The translations under genes were made by a program, and so were the position numbers. Shown one piece after another: positions 8,907 through 17,769 of a DNA stretch of 41,837 bases. This DNA is from a virus (lineage: Duplodnaviria; Caudoviricetes): IMG/VR virus record IMGVR_UViG_3300017965_000005, positions 1 through 41,837 of that record; one strand, given 5' to 3'. The notes beneath the pieces are model-generated. The model did not search any database, was not told where the DNA came from, and saw only the letters and a program-made list of their open reading frames with translations. How positions within the stretch are numbered: the stretch's first letter is position 1; the number at the start of each line of letters is the position of its first letter.

Positions 8907-9487
8907 GCAGCGACAACTGGCCGGGCGGGATGCTGGCTGCGCTGATCATTCCTTGGCACGCAGCGAAGAATCTCAAGACCTGCTTCTTCGGCAAGCAACT
9001 CAAGGAGCTGCGAGTCGCCCTCAAGGTGGCGACCCGCTACGAATACGACAACTCGCACGATCGCTTCGAGTACATGGGGCTGGAGTTTCCCTTCAGCTTC
9101 CATGAGATGACGTGGGGCATCGGGTCAGAGCTGGAGAAGACGTATCGGTCCAAGTTTGGACGTGACTGTCATGGCGGGCCGAACGGCTCGAACGTGCGCA
9201 TGCTCAATATCTGGAGCATGAACCAGCAGAAGATCCACGAGGAGACATTCCTCTGTGAGTGGGCAGGCCCGCTTCCCGACGGAGCCGTCTCCGCCGCCGA
9301 GGCGGCGATGCTTCGCTTCTACAACAAGGAGATCGCCTGCTCGGACTGCGGGGACGTCATCCCCCTTCCGGGGGCTGGTCGGTACTTCGCTGGAGTCTAC
9401 TGCTCCGGTTGCTGGGAGGGAACGAAGGGGTGTTATCGCGGCAAGGGCGGATGGAAGAAGACCGAGTCCGAGGAGACCTACGACTAA
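8903..9487 (+). CDS. Hypothetical protein with C-terminal Cys4 zinc finger
   Basis: SD AAGGAGG; ATGA overlap; CSDC..YCSGC. Confidence 0.75.
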   Translation: MSSDNWPGGMLAALIIPWHAAKNLKTCFFGKQLKELRVALKVATRYEYDNSHDRFEYMGLEFPFSFHEMTWGIGSELEKTYRSKFGRDCHGGPNGSNVRMLNIWSMNQQKIHEETFLCEWAGPLPDGAVSAAEAAMLRFYNKEIACSDCGDVIPLPGAGRYFAGVYCSGCWEGTKGCYRGKGGWKKTESEETYD

Positions 9488-9522
9488 AAAAGACCCCGGC
9501 CGGGGAGACCGGCCGGCCGGGG
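9486..9522 (-). terminator. Intrinsic terminator of the late operon
   Basis: 10-bp GC stem (9494-9503/9513-9522) followed by TCTTTTTT on the minus strand; no U-tract on the plus strand. Confidence 0.8.
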
Positions 9523-9544
9523 AGATGGGAGGGGACAAGAAGAA

Positions 9545-10153
9545 CTAGACCTTGGTGGCCGCGGTGGCGGTCGGGAGGACATAAGAAACCAGCATGAAGG
9601 AGCGACCGGCGTTGCCGGCGGCGCCGACCGTCGTCACGATTCCGGAGATGACGCGCGCCGCGGCCGAGTAGGCGGCGGAGCGCAGGCCGGTCGTGGTCGA
9701 GAGGTAGGCTCCCGGCTTCCCTCCGGTCTGGGCGAAGTTCAGCTCCTCGCCGACCAGGAGGTCGGTGGCCTTCAGATCGATCCCGATGAACCAACCGTCG
9801 TCATCGGTAGCGTCCCCCACCTTCAGGGTGGCCGAGGTGGTTGCCGTCCAGAGGACGGTCGACCAGAACTTGATGTCAGTGATGAGCGCCCCGGCCGGGA
9901 CGGTGACGGAGCCGGTGTAGGTGCCGGCCCCGGTCGTCTCGGTGAAGGACACCATCTGGGCCTGCGGGATGAAGCCGGTCAGGCCGTCAATCTTGCCGAG
10001 CTCTGCCGCGGTGAGGGTGACTCCGTTGACGATGAAGTTGCCAGAGCTGTCGGCTTCGAGGAGGGCGCCGGTTCCCGGCGAGCCCTTCGATCCGATGCGA
10101 AGCTTCTTGACCTGGACGCCGGACTTCCGGTTACTGGTCTGTTCGTTAGACAT
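9545..10153 (-). CDS. Virion structural protein (decoration/fibre-like, 202 aa)
   Basis: Thr/Gly/Ala-rich beta composition; last gene of late operon. Confidence 0.7.
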   Translation of the reverse strand: MSNEQTSNRKSGVQVKKLRIGSKGSPGTGALLEADSSGNFIVNGVTLTAAELGKIDGLTGFIPQAQMVSFTETTGAGTYTGSVTVPAGALITDIKFWSTVLWTATTSATLKVGDATDDDGWFIGIDLKATDLLVGEELNFAQTGGKPGAYLSTTTGLRSAAYSAAARVISGIVTTVGAAGNAGRSFMLVSYVLPTATAATKV

Positions 10154-10171
10154 AGCTAAATCTTTCCGCCA

Positions 10172-10738
10172 TCAACATGGCAATGGCGCCGGGGCAGGAG
10201 TGCTCCGGCGGAAAGGAGTGACATGGAAGTTTTTCTGATGGAAGACCTGGACCTTGAAGCTGTCATCGAGGCGGCGGTCGACGATGCGCCGTCGCCGATC
10301 GTCGGTGAGCACGTCATGCGAATCGTCAACAAGGCTCTTGCGGCGGAGCGAGCCAGCATTCGGCGGGAGCTGTACGACTGGCTGGTCGGCGACATCGATC
10401 CGCGGGACGCGGGCCTTTACAACTCTCGGCGCATCGTCGACGAGATCAATCGCATCTGCCCGAAGGAGGGATAACTCATGGGATTCTTTCGCACCCTGCT
10501 CCGCATGGAACCCCCTCGTCCTACAGCCCTGGAGCTGGCCGAGGCAAACGAGATGCGCCTGAAGAACGCCAAAGAGGCCGCTGCCTGGGAGCGGCAGCGA
10601 CTGATCGTCGAGTGGCTGGTGTCTCGCGCTGGTGCCACGGGAATCGACGAAGACACGAAAGCAACCCTCTTTGTCATCGCCCGCCTGATCGAGGATGGCG
10701 AGCCGCTCAAGGCGGCTCGCCCTAAAGGGCGTTCTCAT
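10172..10738 (-). CDS. Bridge ORF 1 (188 aa), antisense to two + genes
   Basis: ATG overlaps upstream stop (ATGA); stop overlaps ATG of an 8-aa mini-ORF (10172-10146) whose TAA overlaps the next ATG. Confidence 0.4.
   Translation of the reverse strand: MRTPFRASRLERLAILDQAGDDKEGCFRVFVDSRGTSARHQPLDDQSLPLPGSGLFGVLQAHLVCLGQLQGCRTRGFHAEQGAKESHELSLLRADAIDLVDDAPRVVKARVPRIDVADQPVVQLPPNAGSLRRKSLVDDSHDVLTDDRRRRIVDRRLDDSFKVQVFHQKNFHVTPFRRSTPAPAPLPC
10223..10474 (+). CDS. Hypothetical early-type protein, antisense within late operon
   Basis: SD AAAGGAG; helical protein-like sequence. Confidence 0.75.
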   Translation: MEVFLMEDLDLEAVIEAAVDDAPSPIVGEHVMRIVNKALAAERASIRRELYDWLVGDIDPRDAGLYNSRRIVDEINRICPKEG

Positions 10739-10759
10739 GGTCGGTTGAATGCGAAGTAG
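10478..10759 (+). CDS. Hypothetical early-type protein, antisense within late operon
   Basis: SD AAGGAGG; AAAWERQRLIVEWL..IARLIE pattern; 25-nt tail overlap with gene 10735..11172. Confidence 0.75.
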   Translation: MGFFRTLLRMEPPRPTALELAEANEMRLKNAKEAAAWERQRLIVEWLVSRAGATGIDEDTKATLFVIARLIEDGEPLKAARPKGRSHGRLNAK

Positions 10760-11172
10760 AGTCCGACGATGGTAGCGAGGAGGCCGATTGCGCCGACGAT
10801 GATCTTGGTCGTCTTCGAGATCCCCTCCTCCCGATTCTCGAAGCGGGCGACTCGCTCGGCGAGCGCCCGCAGCTCGCGCTCCAGGGCATCCCTGCCGGCA
10901 AGGACCCATTCCTTCTCCGCGAAGGTCGCGGCCTGCCGGTCCATCTTGGTCTGGAGCTGGTTGTGCTGGTCGAGGCGAGCGGTCGCCGACTCCTCTGACT
11001 TAGCCCCGGACTTCTCCGCGGCGGCAAAGGCCGCGGCGACGAGCTTGTCCTGGGATGCCAGGGCGGCATCACGAGCCCTCTCGGAGGCGCCGAAGCGCTC
11101 CTCGTATCGGCGGTCCATTTCAGCCAGGACCTTCTCGATATGCTCCTTGAGGGTCGTGACGTCCCAGGGCAT
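10735..11172 (-). CDS. Coiled-coil protein with C-terminal TM helix (lysis-module-like)
   Basis: SD AGGAGAG; C-terminal IIVGAIGLLATIVGLYFAF. Confidence 0.7.
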   Translation of the reverse strand: MPWDVTTLKEHIEKVLAEMDRRYEERFGASERARDAALASQDKLVAAAFAAAEKSGAKSEESATARLDQHNQLQTKMDRQAATFAEKEWVLAGRDALERELRALAERVARFENREEGISKTTKIIVGAIGLLATIVGLYFAFNRP

Positions 11173-11958
11173 TTACTCTCTCCTGTCGCCGTCCTTGCTG
11201 TCGGGGCAGGGGCACGGGCATGTCGGCGGTGGCGGCGGTGGAGGTGGTGGAGGAGGTGGTTCCTCGTCCAGGATGTTGATGAGCGTGCAACCCTTCCTCC
11301 CACCTTGCGGCGTGAGTACGGGCTCGGCCCAGGCCTCACCGAGCTTCCGGCCGGCCTGCTCGACCTGGCAGGGCAAGGAGGTCTTGCAGCATCCCGGCGG
11401 GTCGATCGGCTGGAGGCGGATGTTGGTGCCCCGCGGAACGTCCTTGCAGTCGGGATCCGCCCGGCCGACGAGCCGGAGGAAGTCCTGGCACCCGAGCTGC
11501 CGGACGGCTCCATGAACGATGCCGAAGTCGAGGACCTCTTCGTCGGTCGGAACGCGCGAGATACCGGCGTCCACGAAGAGGGCAGCGAGGATCGAGTAGG
11601 CGGCCCCACCCTTCGTCTCGACCCCCTGACTGGCGATGTAGCGCCCCAGAACGTCGCGCCGGCCCTCGGCATAGCGGCCGAGGTATCCGAGGTCGTCGGC
11701 GTTTGAGCCGCTCCACTCGACCGCTGGATTCAGGTGCCGCTGGATGTCGGCGCCTGTGAAGGTCCGCCAATAGACCGTGGCGCCGGCAGGCGGGCGATAG
11801 CCGGAGGCATCCAGCGTGCCGGAGAGGCCAGCACCGATCATCGCCGCTTCGACCTGCCGAAGGTCGGGCGAGGGCGAGGGCGAGGAGCGCGGAAGCTCGT
11901 GGACACACCCAGCCGTGAGGAGGAGCAGGCTCCCGAGCATGATTGCGTTCTTCTTCAT
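11173..11958 (-). CDS. Predicted lipoprotein with Cys-rich C-half and poly-Pro tail
   Basis: Signal MKKNAIMLGSLLLLTAG-C (lipobox); ATGA coupling; P11 tract then CPCPC. Confidence 0.75.
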   Translation of the reverse strand: MKKNAIMLGSLLLLTAGCVHELPRSSPSPSPDLRQVEAAMIGAGLSGTLDASGYRPPAGATVYWRTFTGADIQRHLNPAVEWSGSNADDLGYLGRYAEGRRDVLGRYIASQGVETKGGAAYSILAALFVDAGISRVPTDEEVLDFGIVHGAVRQLGCQDFLRLVGRADPDCKDVPRGTNIRLQPIDPPGCCKTSLPCQVEQAGRKLGEAWAEPVLTPQGGRKGCTLINILDEEPPPPPPPPPPPPTCPCPCPDSKDGDRRE

Positions 11959-12260
11959 TTGCTTGCCTCGACCGGATGTCCGAGATCGATGAGGATCGCC
12001 TTCATCTCGGCCTTGGCGTACCGGTTCAGGCGCTCCAGGCGCTGCCTTGCGGCCTCAGCGAAGGCGGCGTCTCTTTTGGTGTCTCCATTCGGCATAGCCT
12101 CTGGGAGGGTGCGGGGGATGAGGAGGTAGCCAGCGCCCTTCGTGGTGCCGGCGATCGCCTGGGCGGCTTCGAGCGGGACGCCCAGATGCTCGGCGAGGGC
12201 CGCAGCCTGGCGATCAGGGGGGCAACAAACACCGAGAACACAACAAGCTCCTCCCGGCAT
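11955..12260 (-). CDS. Hypothetical protein with N-terminal CCVLGVCC (101 aa)
   Basis: SD GAGGAG before ATG 12260, 1 nt after upstream stop. Confidence 0.7.
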   Translation of the reverse strand: MPGGACCVLGVCCPPDRQAAALAEHLGVPLEAAQAIAGTTKGAGYLLIPRTLPEAMPNGDTKRDAAFAEAARQRLERLNRYAKAEMKAILIDLGHPVEASK

Positions 12261-12261
12261 G

Positions 12262-12549
12262 TCAATCTCCTCTCTTTTCCAGGTGACCGAGCACCCGGAT
12301 ATTGATTCCATTTTGTGTATCGGACGCCTTCTCTATAACGGACAGGCGTGCGTTCAAGTCAGCCAGCGTCTTGATGGTTCCACGATAGTTCTGCTCGTTC
12401 TCCTTGAGGTCGCCCCTGATCTCGGCAAGCGTGTTCTGCACGGTCAGGAGGGCCTGGGCTTGCCGGCCGTTCGAATTGGCGATGAGAACGGCGCTCCCAC
12501 CTATGGAGATCGCCAACGTGATTGGAATGACCAGTTCTCTTCCTGTCAT
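12262..12549 (-). CDS. N-terminal TM plus coiled-coil protein (holin/i-spanin-like)
   Basis: SD GGAGGT; LVIPITLAISIGGSAVLIA then heptad repeats; lower GC. Confidence 0.65.
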   Translation of the reverse strand: MTGRELVIPITLAISIGGSAVLIANSNGRQAQALLTVQNTLAEIRGDLKENEQNYRGTIKTLADLNARLSVIEKASDTQNGINIRVLGHLEKRGD

Positions 12550-12563
12550 TTAAACCTCCGGCC

Positions 12564-15500
12564 TCATCTTCCTGCCCTCAACCGGCGCTTCGCCTTGCGC
12601 TTGGCGCCCTGGATCATGAAGCCGATGGCTTCGTCGTCGTAGCCGTTCTGGCGGAGGATCTGGATGATCTCCGTCTGACGGGGCGAGTCATTTTCGTAGA
12701 GAGCCTGGGCGAAGAGGTTCTCGGCCTTGTAGGTCGACATCCCCTTCGACTCCGGGATCGAGATGAGGAGCTTCCGGAGGACGTCACCCGGGTCCTCGGC
12801 GTCCTGGAGGGAGAAGGGGAGGGCCATCTCGGCCGTGGGCTCCAGGCGAGAGGCGATGTCCTCGACCGGTCCCGGCACCTCACCGGTCTTCTCGCGCTCC
12901 CTGACCAGCTCCTCATAGGGCGAGGGGAACTCGGTGACCGACTTCCCCATGAGGCCGGCTGCCGCCCCCACCCAGGGGCTGGTCTTGCCGGCCAGGAACT
13001 TCATCTGCTGCGCCCCCGGCGTCCCCCAGGCGAAGTGAGGCAGCTCCTGGGCATGCTTCCCGATGCGGTAGAAGATCTTCCTTCCCTTGTCGGTCCTGAA
13101 AGGGGTCTCCAGGTCCATCTTGTGGCCCTCTTCGTTCTCCCACGGGAAGTGCGGTCCCTGCTCCGAGCCGGCAGTCAGGGAGTAGTTGAGGACCGAGAAG
13201 CCGGCGGCGAGCGCCGTGATGTTCGTCCAGTAGGTACGGCCGATGACCCGATGAACCGGATCGGAGGAGAGGGGGGAGAGCCCCGAGCTGATGGCCGAGA
13301 CGTTCCAGTCTGGGGAGAGGAAGATGCGCCGCATCCACTTCAAGGCTCGCGGGTCCGAGAACAGCCGGTTCCTGCTCAGCTCCCAGACCTGACCGCCGAA
13401 GTGGTTGTTGATGCCGGAGGCGACGGCTTCGCCGATCTCCTCGTCGGTCATCGCGGCGAGACGCGCCCTGGTGCGGTCGGTCAAAAAACGATTCGCCACT
13501 CCGAGCGCTCCGCGATCGCCGTTCCTGGCCGCCATGAGCTGCGCCTCCCACTGCTCAGCCGCCGCGATCTTGATCGGGCTGTGGAGAATCTTCCAGATCG
13601 CTTCGTCGTAATAGGCGGCGGTGGCGCGGAGGCCCTTCCCGGCGGCCCCCGCTGCCCTCGCGACCGCGCCCGCCTTGCCGGCGGCGCGGGTCATCATGTC
13701 CTCCCAATCGACCATGGCCCGCTGGAAGGAGTCGGTCATCATGTCGGCCGATGGCGCCTCCACTCCGAGGCCCCTGCGGACCCACTTCTCGGCGACCTCA
13801 CGAGTGAAGGGACTCGCCCAGCCGCGGCGCTCGGCGAGCTGCGCGAGGCCCGGTATGCCGCCGCCTCTCGAGGCCCATGCCTTCGCTCCTTTGACCGGCC
13901 CCATTGACTGCATGGCGGCGAGGCCGAGCTCGAAGGGGTGGAAGATCGAGCCGAGGAACTTGATCCGCTTAACGGTCCCCAGGAGGCGGTCGATCTTGAG
14001 CGGCTCGGCGACGTCTAAGACCGGCTTCAGCTCCTCCCAGATCTTGGGGTGGATCCAGAGGTCCCCCGGGGTCGTCGGAGTCCGCGGCGGCCGGAAGGTC
14101 TTCGGACCGAGCCCCTCGGTCCCCGGGAGCGACGGCTGCTCGATGACGGAGGGAGCCGTCCCACCCTCCGGGGTGTAGCGGTAGAAGCCGCCGGCCGTCT
14201 CGGCGGCCCGGCGGCTCTCGGCCTGGAGAAGTTCTGCATGGCGGACAGCCTCGGGGAGGGCGCGAGAGCTGGTCGCTGAGCGCTGGGCGGCCTTCTCCAG
14301 GACCGGCACGCCGGAGACCCGGACGTACCCCTTCGGCTGCTTCCCCATCGTGGCATAGGTCAGAGCCGGCCTGCTGTCCTGAAGGAGGGGCATGGTCGCA
14401 AGGTCGTCGACCAGGCCGCGGATCGCCTGGGCATGGGCGAAGACCTTCTCGGTCTCGGCCCGGAGCTGCGAGAAGCGGAGCGTCCTGGGCGTCCAGCCGG
14501 CGGCCATCGCCTCGGAGGGATTCAGGAACGTCCGGGAACGGGTGAGTCCCGGCGTAGCGCCCACCGAGCCGAAGGACAGAGGATTGACCGTCTTCACCCC
14601 CTTCGGCGGCACGTAGGTCATGTGCATGTAGTTCTTGACGAACCCCAGGTCCCACATGTCGGAGAGATCGTCCCACATCTGCTTTGTCTGCTCGCGCCAG
14701 GAGGCGACCTCCTGAAGGGCGGACTCGGCGTTCGGGTCAGCGAAGATCTGCTCGACCACCCGCCGCTTGGCGCCGGGCCTCTTGGCGATCCGGGCCGCCA
14801 CCTTGGCCGGCCGGTTCGCGTAGGACCTCGGATCTCCCAGCTCGTGGAACATCCAGGTCAGGGCCTCGTCGGTCTCTTTCGGGATGAGCTTCTGAAGCTC
14901 CTCCGCCCTGGCGCCGGCGCGGTAGCGGCCGAGGCGCTCAGTCGCTGCGTACTCCTTCCGCATGTGCCAGGCCGCCTCTTTCGCTGCCGCGTCAGCGGGC
15001 GGCAGGGGATCCGGGCGGAGCTTGATGAACCCTGCCTCGTTCGATCCTGGGCGAGGCCCGAGAGGAGGCAACGCCAGCGGCGCCTCGGCGAGGGGCGGTC
15101 CTCCGAGCCCAGAAGATACTCCGTCAATTACCTTCGTTGAGTCGAGAAATGGAAGGGGAGCGCCTTCTTTTAGGGTGTCGAATGGACCACCCATATTAGC
15201 GAGCGCTTCTTCGGCGACTACTGCGTTTGCTATTGCACCATCGGGATGATGGAAGGTTACGCGGACCCGTTGAAGCTCGGGCCTGAAGGTAAAGTTTGCT
15301 CCTGTCGCCGAGACTTGATGACCAGGAAACATGCTGGCTATGTCGGACGCCGTCACTGTTCCCTTGTTCCTCTCGAAAGACAGGATCAAGTCATCACCAT
15401 TTAACTCTGCCGCGCGCAGTAAAGGAGAGCCTGCCAAGGCTTCATCCCTAGAGGTGCGGCTCAATCCGAGAGGAGGTGATGCTGCTGATGACGGCCGAAG

Positions 15501-17300
15501 GCCGTCGAGTGATTCCGCAACCTGACCACTGAGAGGAGGTGATGCCGCCGCCCCCAGGGCCTCCGGGCCTGAGGGGGCGGCCTCCAGGCCGCGGAATCCG
15601 CCGGTCCTTCGGTGCTCCTTGAGGTAACCGCGGGCCATGATGGACTCGGGGGAACCGTCATCAGGAATCTTGGCCAGTGCGTCGTCAATCCATTGATTTG
15701 GTTTACCCTCTACTGAACCGATTCCGTAACGATGCAGGGTCTTCCCGAGAAGCTTCTGCTGCGCCATGCTGATGCCGGCGTCATCGGTGATACTGGCGGC
15801 CGACTGACGTCGAGTCGCGTGTCGACGCCCAACCCGCTCCGCGGTCTCGATTTCTTCGGGGGATAACAAGCCTCGCCAATCTTTGAAGGTCCTGGCGTAG
15901 AGGTCGAGGTACGGAGAGCTTCGAGGCGTGCCGGACTTGGCGCGCGAGAGCTTCGCGACCTGAATATCCCCCTCCGCCACCAGGACGAGCGAATCGTACC
16001 CCTTGCCGTTGGCCCATTTGACCAGCGCCTCCTCCGCCTTGTTGAACGGAGCCTCCGGCGGGACGAGCCCCATTGCCTTGGCTGACTTGGAGGCGCTCTT
16101 GTTGAGGACGAGTGGATTCGCGGGCGTAAATGTCTCGGCGGCCAGGTTATTACCACCGAGGCCGGTGAGGTGCCGCGCATAGGCGGTCTGGTCACCGACC
16201 GCATAGAACCTAATTCCCTTCACCGCTCCCTGATCAGGCTTGCCGAGTTGCCACCTGGTGAGAGGCAGATCACGCAGCTCGAAGGGGAGGTCCTCGACCG
16301 AGATCGGCCCTGCCGGCACCTCCCTCGCCAGGCGGCGAAGGGCCTCCTCCGGGCCAAGGCCGCCGACGTTGCGCAGCCGCAGGCCGGGATTGACCGCTGG
16401 CGGGGCCTGTGACGCACGATCTCCCTGCTGGAGGTAGGGTGGGGTGGGCGCTGCATCCTCGGTCTCCTTGAGCCGCTGTAGGCCCAATTCCACCTTGTCC
16501 AGGCGATCCTCGTAGTACGCCTTGCGGTAGCCGGGGTAACGGTTCAGGTTGTCGCGCAGGAGAGCGTCTGCCTCGTCGAGGTCCTGGAGCTTCCCGTAGC
16601 CCTTCTGGAGGGCGGCCTCGGCGCGAGCTCCAAGACCTGGCCGCTTACCAGCCGCGATCGCCGCCTCCTGGGCGGCCTCGGAGAGAGCGCGGGGCGCCTT
16701 GCCGCCCCCAGCGAGGGTTGGATCAACCAGCATGCCGGCCATGGTGGCGGCCTGATGGACGCCTACGGCAACCGGGGTCGGGAGATCCAGCGTGGCCTCG
16801 GCGAGGCGTCCCCTCGCCTCCTCCGTCCAGCGGCGGGTCGTATCAGCGACCGGGGCCAGGGGATCAAGCTTCAGGAGCCGCGCCTCATGGCTGTCCTGGA
16901 TGGCCTCAGCCATCGAGGGGTTGCCGAAGAGCTGCATATAGGCATCCGCCCGCTCGCTCTTCTTCTGCCGCCCTTTCGGGTCGAGATTCCCCGCCCCCCT
17001 CTTCAGGGTGTCGGCGGTCGCATTGAGCACCAAGCTCGGGAGGCGGGCGGTGCCGACGTTGACGTCGGCCGCCGTCGCCCCGGCGAGGCCGAGGGCGTCC
17101 TTGGCGATGGCGGGAAGAGAGGTGTTAGGGACCGGCACGGCGGTCGTGGCACGCTGGCCGCCCGGGACCTGCTTCAGGCGGCGCTCACCGGTCCTCGTGT
17201 TGACGAGAAAGATTCCCTCCTGGACCCATTCCGGGCCGGCGAGGGCGGGGTCGAGAGCTGGCCGGCTCGCCCCGAAGAGAGTCTGGTACCGGTCAGGCAT
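12564..17300 (-). CDS. Large internal virion/DNA-ejection protein (~1578 aa), polyvalent-protein-like
   Basis: Size and position after two other ejection-type genes; helical Ala/Gly-rich C-half; ATG 17300 overlaps bridge ORF stop (frame is open up to 17441). Confidence 0.75.
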   Translation of the reverse strand: MPDRYQTLFGASRPALDPALAGPEWVQEGIFLVNTRTGERRLKQVPGGQRATTAVPVPNTSLPAIAKDALGLAGATAADVNVGTARLPSLVLNATADTLKRGAGNLDPKGRQKKSERADAYMQLFGNPSMAEAIQDSHEARLLKLDPLAPVADTTRRWTEEARGRLAEATLDLPTPVAVGVHQAATMAGMLVDPTLAGGGKAPRALSEAAQEAAIAAGKRPGLGARAEAALQKGYGKLQDLDEADALLRDNLNRYPGYRKAYYEDRLDKVELGLQRLKETEDAAPTPPYLQQGDRASQAPPAVNPGLRLRNVGGLGPEEALRRLAREVPAGPISVEDLPFELRDLPLTRWQLGKPDQGAVKGIRFYAVGDQTAYARHLTGLGGNNLAAETFTPANPLVLNKSASKSAKAMGLVPPEAPFNKAEEALVKWANGKGYDSLVLVAEGDIQVAKLSRAKSGTPRSSPYLDLYARTFKDWRGLLSPEEIETAERVGRRHATRRQSAASITDDAGISMAQQKLLGKTLHRYGIGSVEGKPNQWIDDALAKIPDDGSPESIMARGYLKEHRRTGGFRGLEAAPSGPEALGAAASPPLSGQVAESLDGLRPSSAASPPLGLSRTSRDEALAGSPLLRAAELNGDDLILSFERNKGTVTASDIASMFPGHQVSATGANFTFRPELQRVRVTFHHPDGAIANAVVAEEALANMGGPFDTLKEGAPLPFLDSTKVIDGVSSGLGGPPLAEAPLALPPLGPRPGSNEAGFIKLRPDPLPPADAAAKEAAWHMRKEYAATERLGRYRAGARAEELQKLIPKETDEALTWMFHELGDPRSYANRPAKVAARIAKRPGAKRRVVEQIFADPNAESALQEVASWREQTKQMWDDLSDMWDLGFVKNYMHMTYVPPKGVKTVNPLSFGSVGATPGLTRSRTFLNPSEAMAAGWTPRTLRFSQLRAETEKVFAHAQAIRGLVDDLATMPLLQDSRPALTYATMGKQPKGYVRVSGVPVLEKAAQRSATSSRALPEAVRHAELLQAESRRAAETAGGFYRYTPEGGTAPSVIEQPSLPGTEGLGPKTFRPPRTPTTPGDLWIHPKIWEELKPVLDVAEPLKIDRLLGTVKRIKFLGSIFHPFELGLAAMQSMGPVKGAKAWASRGGGIPGLAQLAERRGWASPFTREVAEKWVRRGLGVEAPSADMMTDSFQRAMVDWEDMMTRAAGKAGAVARAAGAAGKGLRATAAYYDEAIWKILHSPIKIAAAEQWEAQLMAARNGDRGALGVANRFLTDRTRARLAAMTDEEIGEAVASGINNHFGGQVWELSRNRLFSDPRALKWMRRIFLSPDWNVSAISSGLSPLSSDPVHRVIGRTYWTNITALAAGFSVLNYSLTAGSEQGPHFPWENEEGHKMDLETPFRTDKGRKIFYRIGKHAQELPHFAWGTPGAQQMKFLAGKTSPWVGAAAGLMGKSVTEFPSPYEELVREREKTGEVPGPVEDIASRLEPTAEMALPFSLQDAEDPGDVLRKLLISIPESKGMSTYKAENLFAQALYENDSPRQTEIIQILRQNGYDDEAIGFMIQGAKRKAKRRLRAGR

Positions 17301-17667
17301 GGAGGAAGAGATGAGATTCGGAAGGAACGTTCCCGTCCCGGAATTTGATCGACCGATCCGCTCGACCAAGGAGGTCGAGCTTGCGGCCGAGGTGGGGGTC
17401 GCGAGGGCGCAGTATGCGGCGGTCTCCGCCCTGGCCGGCATCTATCGCGAGGCGCTTCGCATCCTGGCGAAGGGCCTCCTCGAGGCCGCCTCCGGTACCC
17501 TGGAGGGGCCGGACATCGAGGTCCTTCTGGAGAAAGCGGAATTGATCTTCTGGACGGAGTACGACCCGGACAACCCCGTCCATCGGGGGGCCTTCCTTGA
17601 ATTTGAGGTCTTTCAAGGGGACCGGGTCTGGCTGGCGACGGACTTCGCCCAGGAGCTGCTCAAGCAC
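17293..17667 (-). CDS. Bridge ORF 2 (124 aa), antisense to 17311..17769
   Basis: SD GGAGGAG; GTG overlaps upstream stop (GTGCTTGA); own stop overlaps downstream ATG (ATGCCTGA). Confidence 0.5.
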   Translation of the reverse strand: MLEQLLGEVRRQPDPVPLKDLKFKEGPPMDGVVRVVLRPEDQFRFLQKDLDVRPLQGTGGGLEEALRQDAKRLAIDAGQGGDRRILRPRDPHLGRKLDLLGRADRSIKFRDGNVPSESHLFLHA

Positions 17668-17769
17668 GGGCTCCTCCCTGCGCCGCCATCCGGATGCGGG
17701 CCAGGATCGACTGCGCCGTCATCCCTTTCTGAAGCTCCTGACGGACAAACGTCTCCTGCTCCGGAGTGA
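17311..17769 (+). CDS. Hypothetical protein (152 aa), antisense within late operon
   Basis: SD GGAGG at 17301-17305; globular-looking core; last 110 nt overlap gene 17660..19069. Confidence 0.7.
   Translation: MRFGRNVPVPEFDRPIRSTKEVELAAEVGVARAQYAAVSALAGIYREALRILAKGLLEAASGTLEGPDIEVLLEKAELIFWTEYDPDNPVHRGAFLEFEVFQGDRVWLATDFAQELLKHGLLPAPPSGCGPGSTAPSSLSEAPDGQTSPAPE

Noticed and set aside
11225-11260. GGT/GGC/GGA microsatellite as a contingency locus
   Set aside because: Mixed codons encoding poly-Pro; not a pure slippage tract
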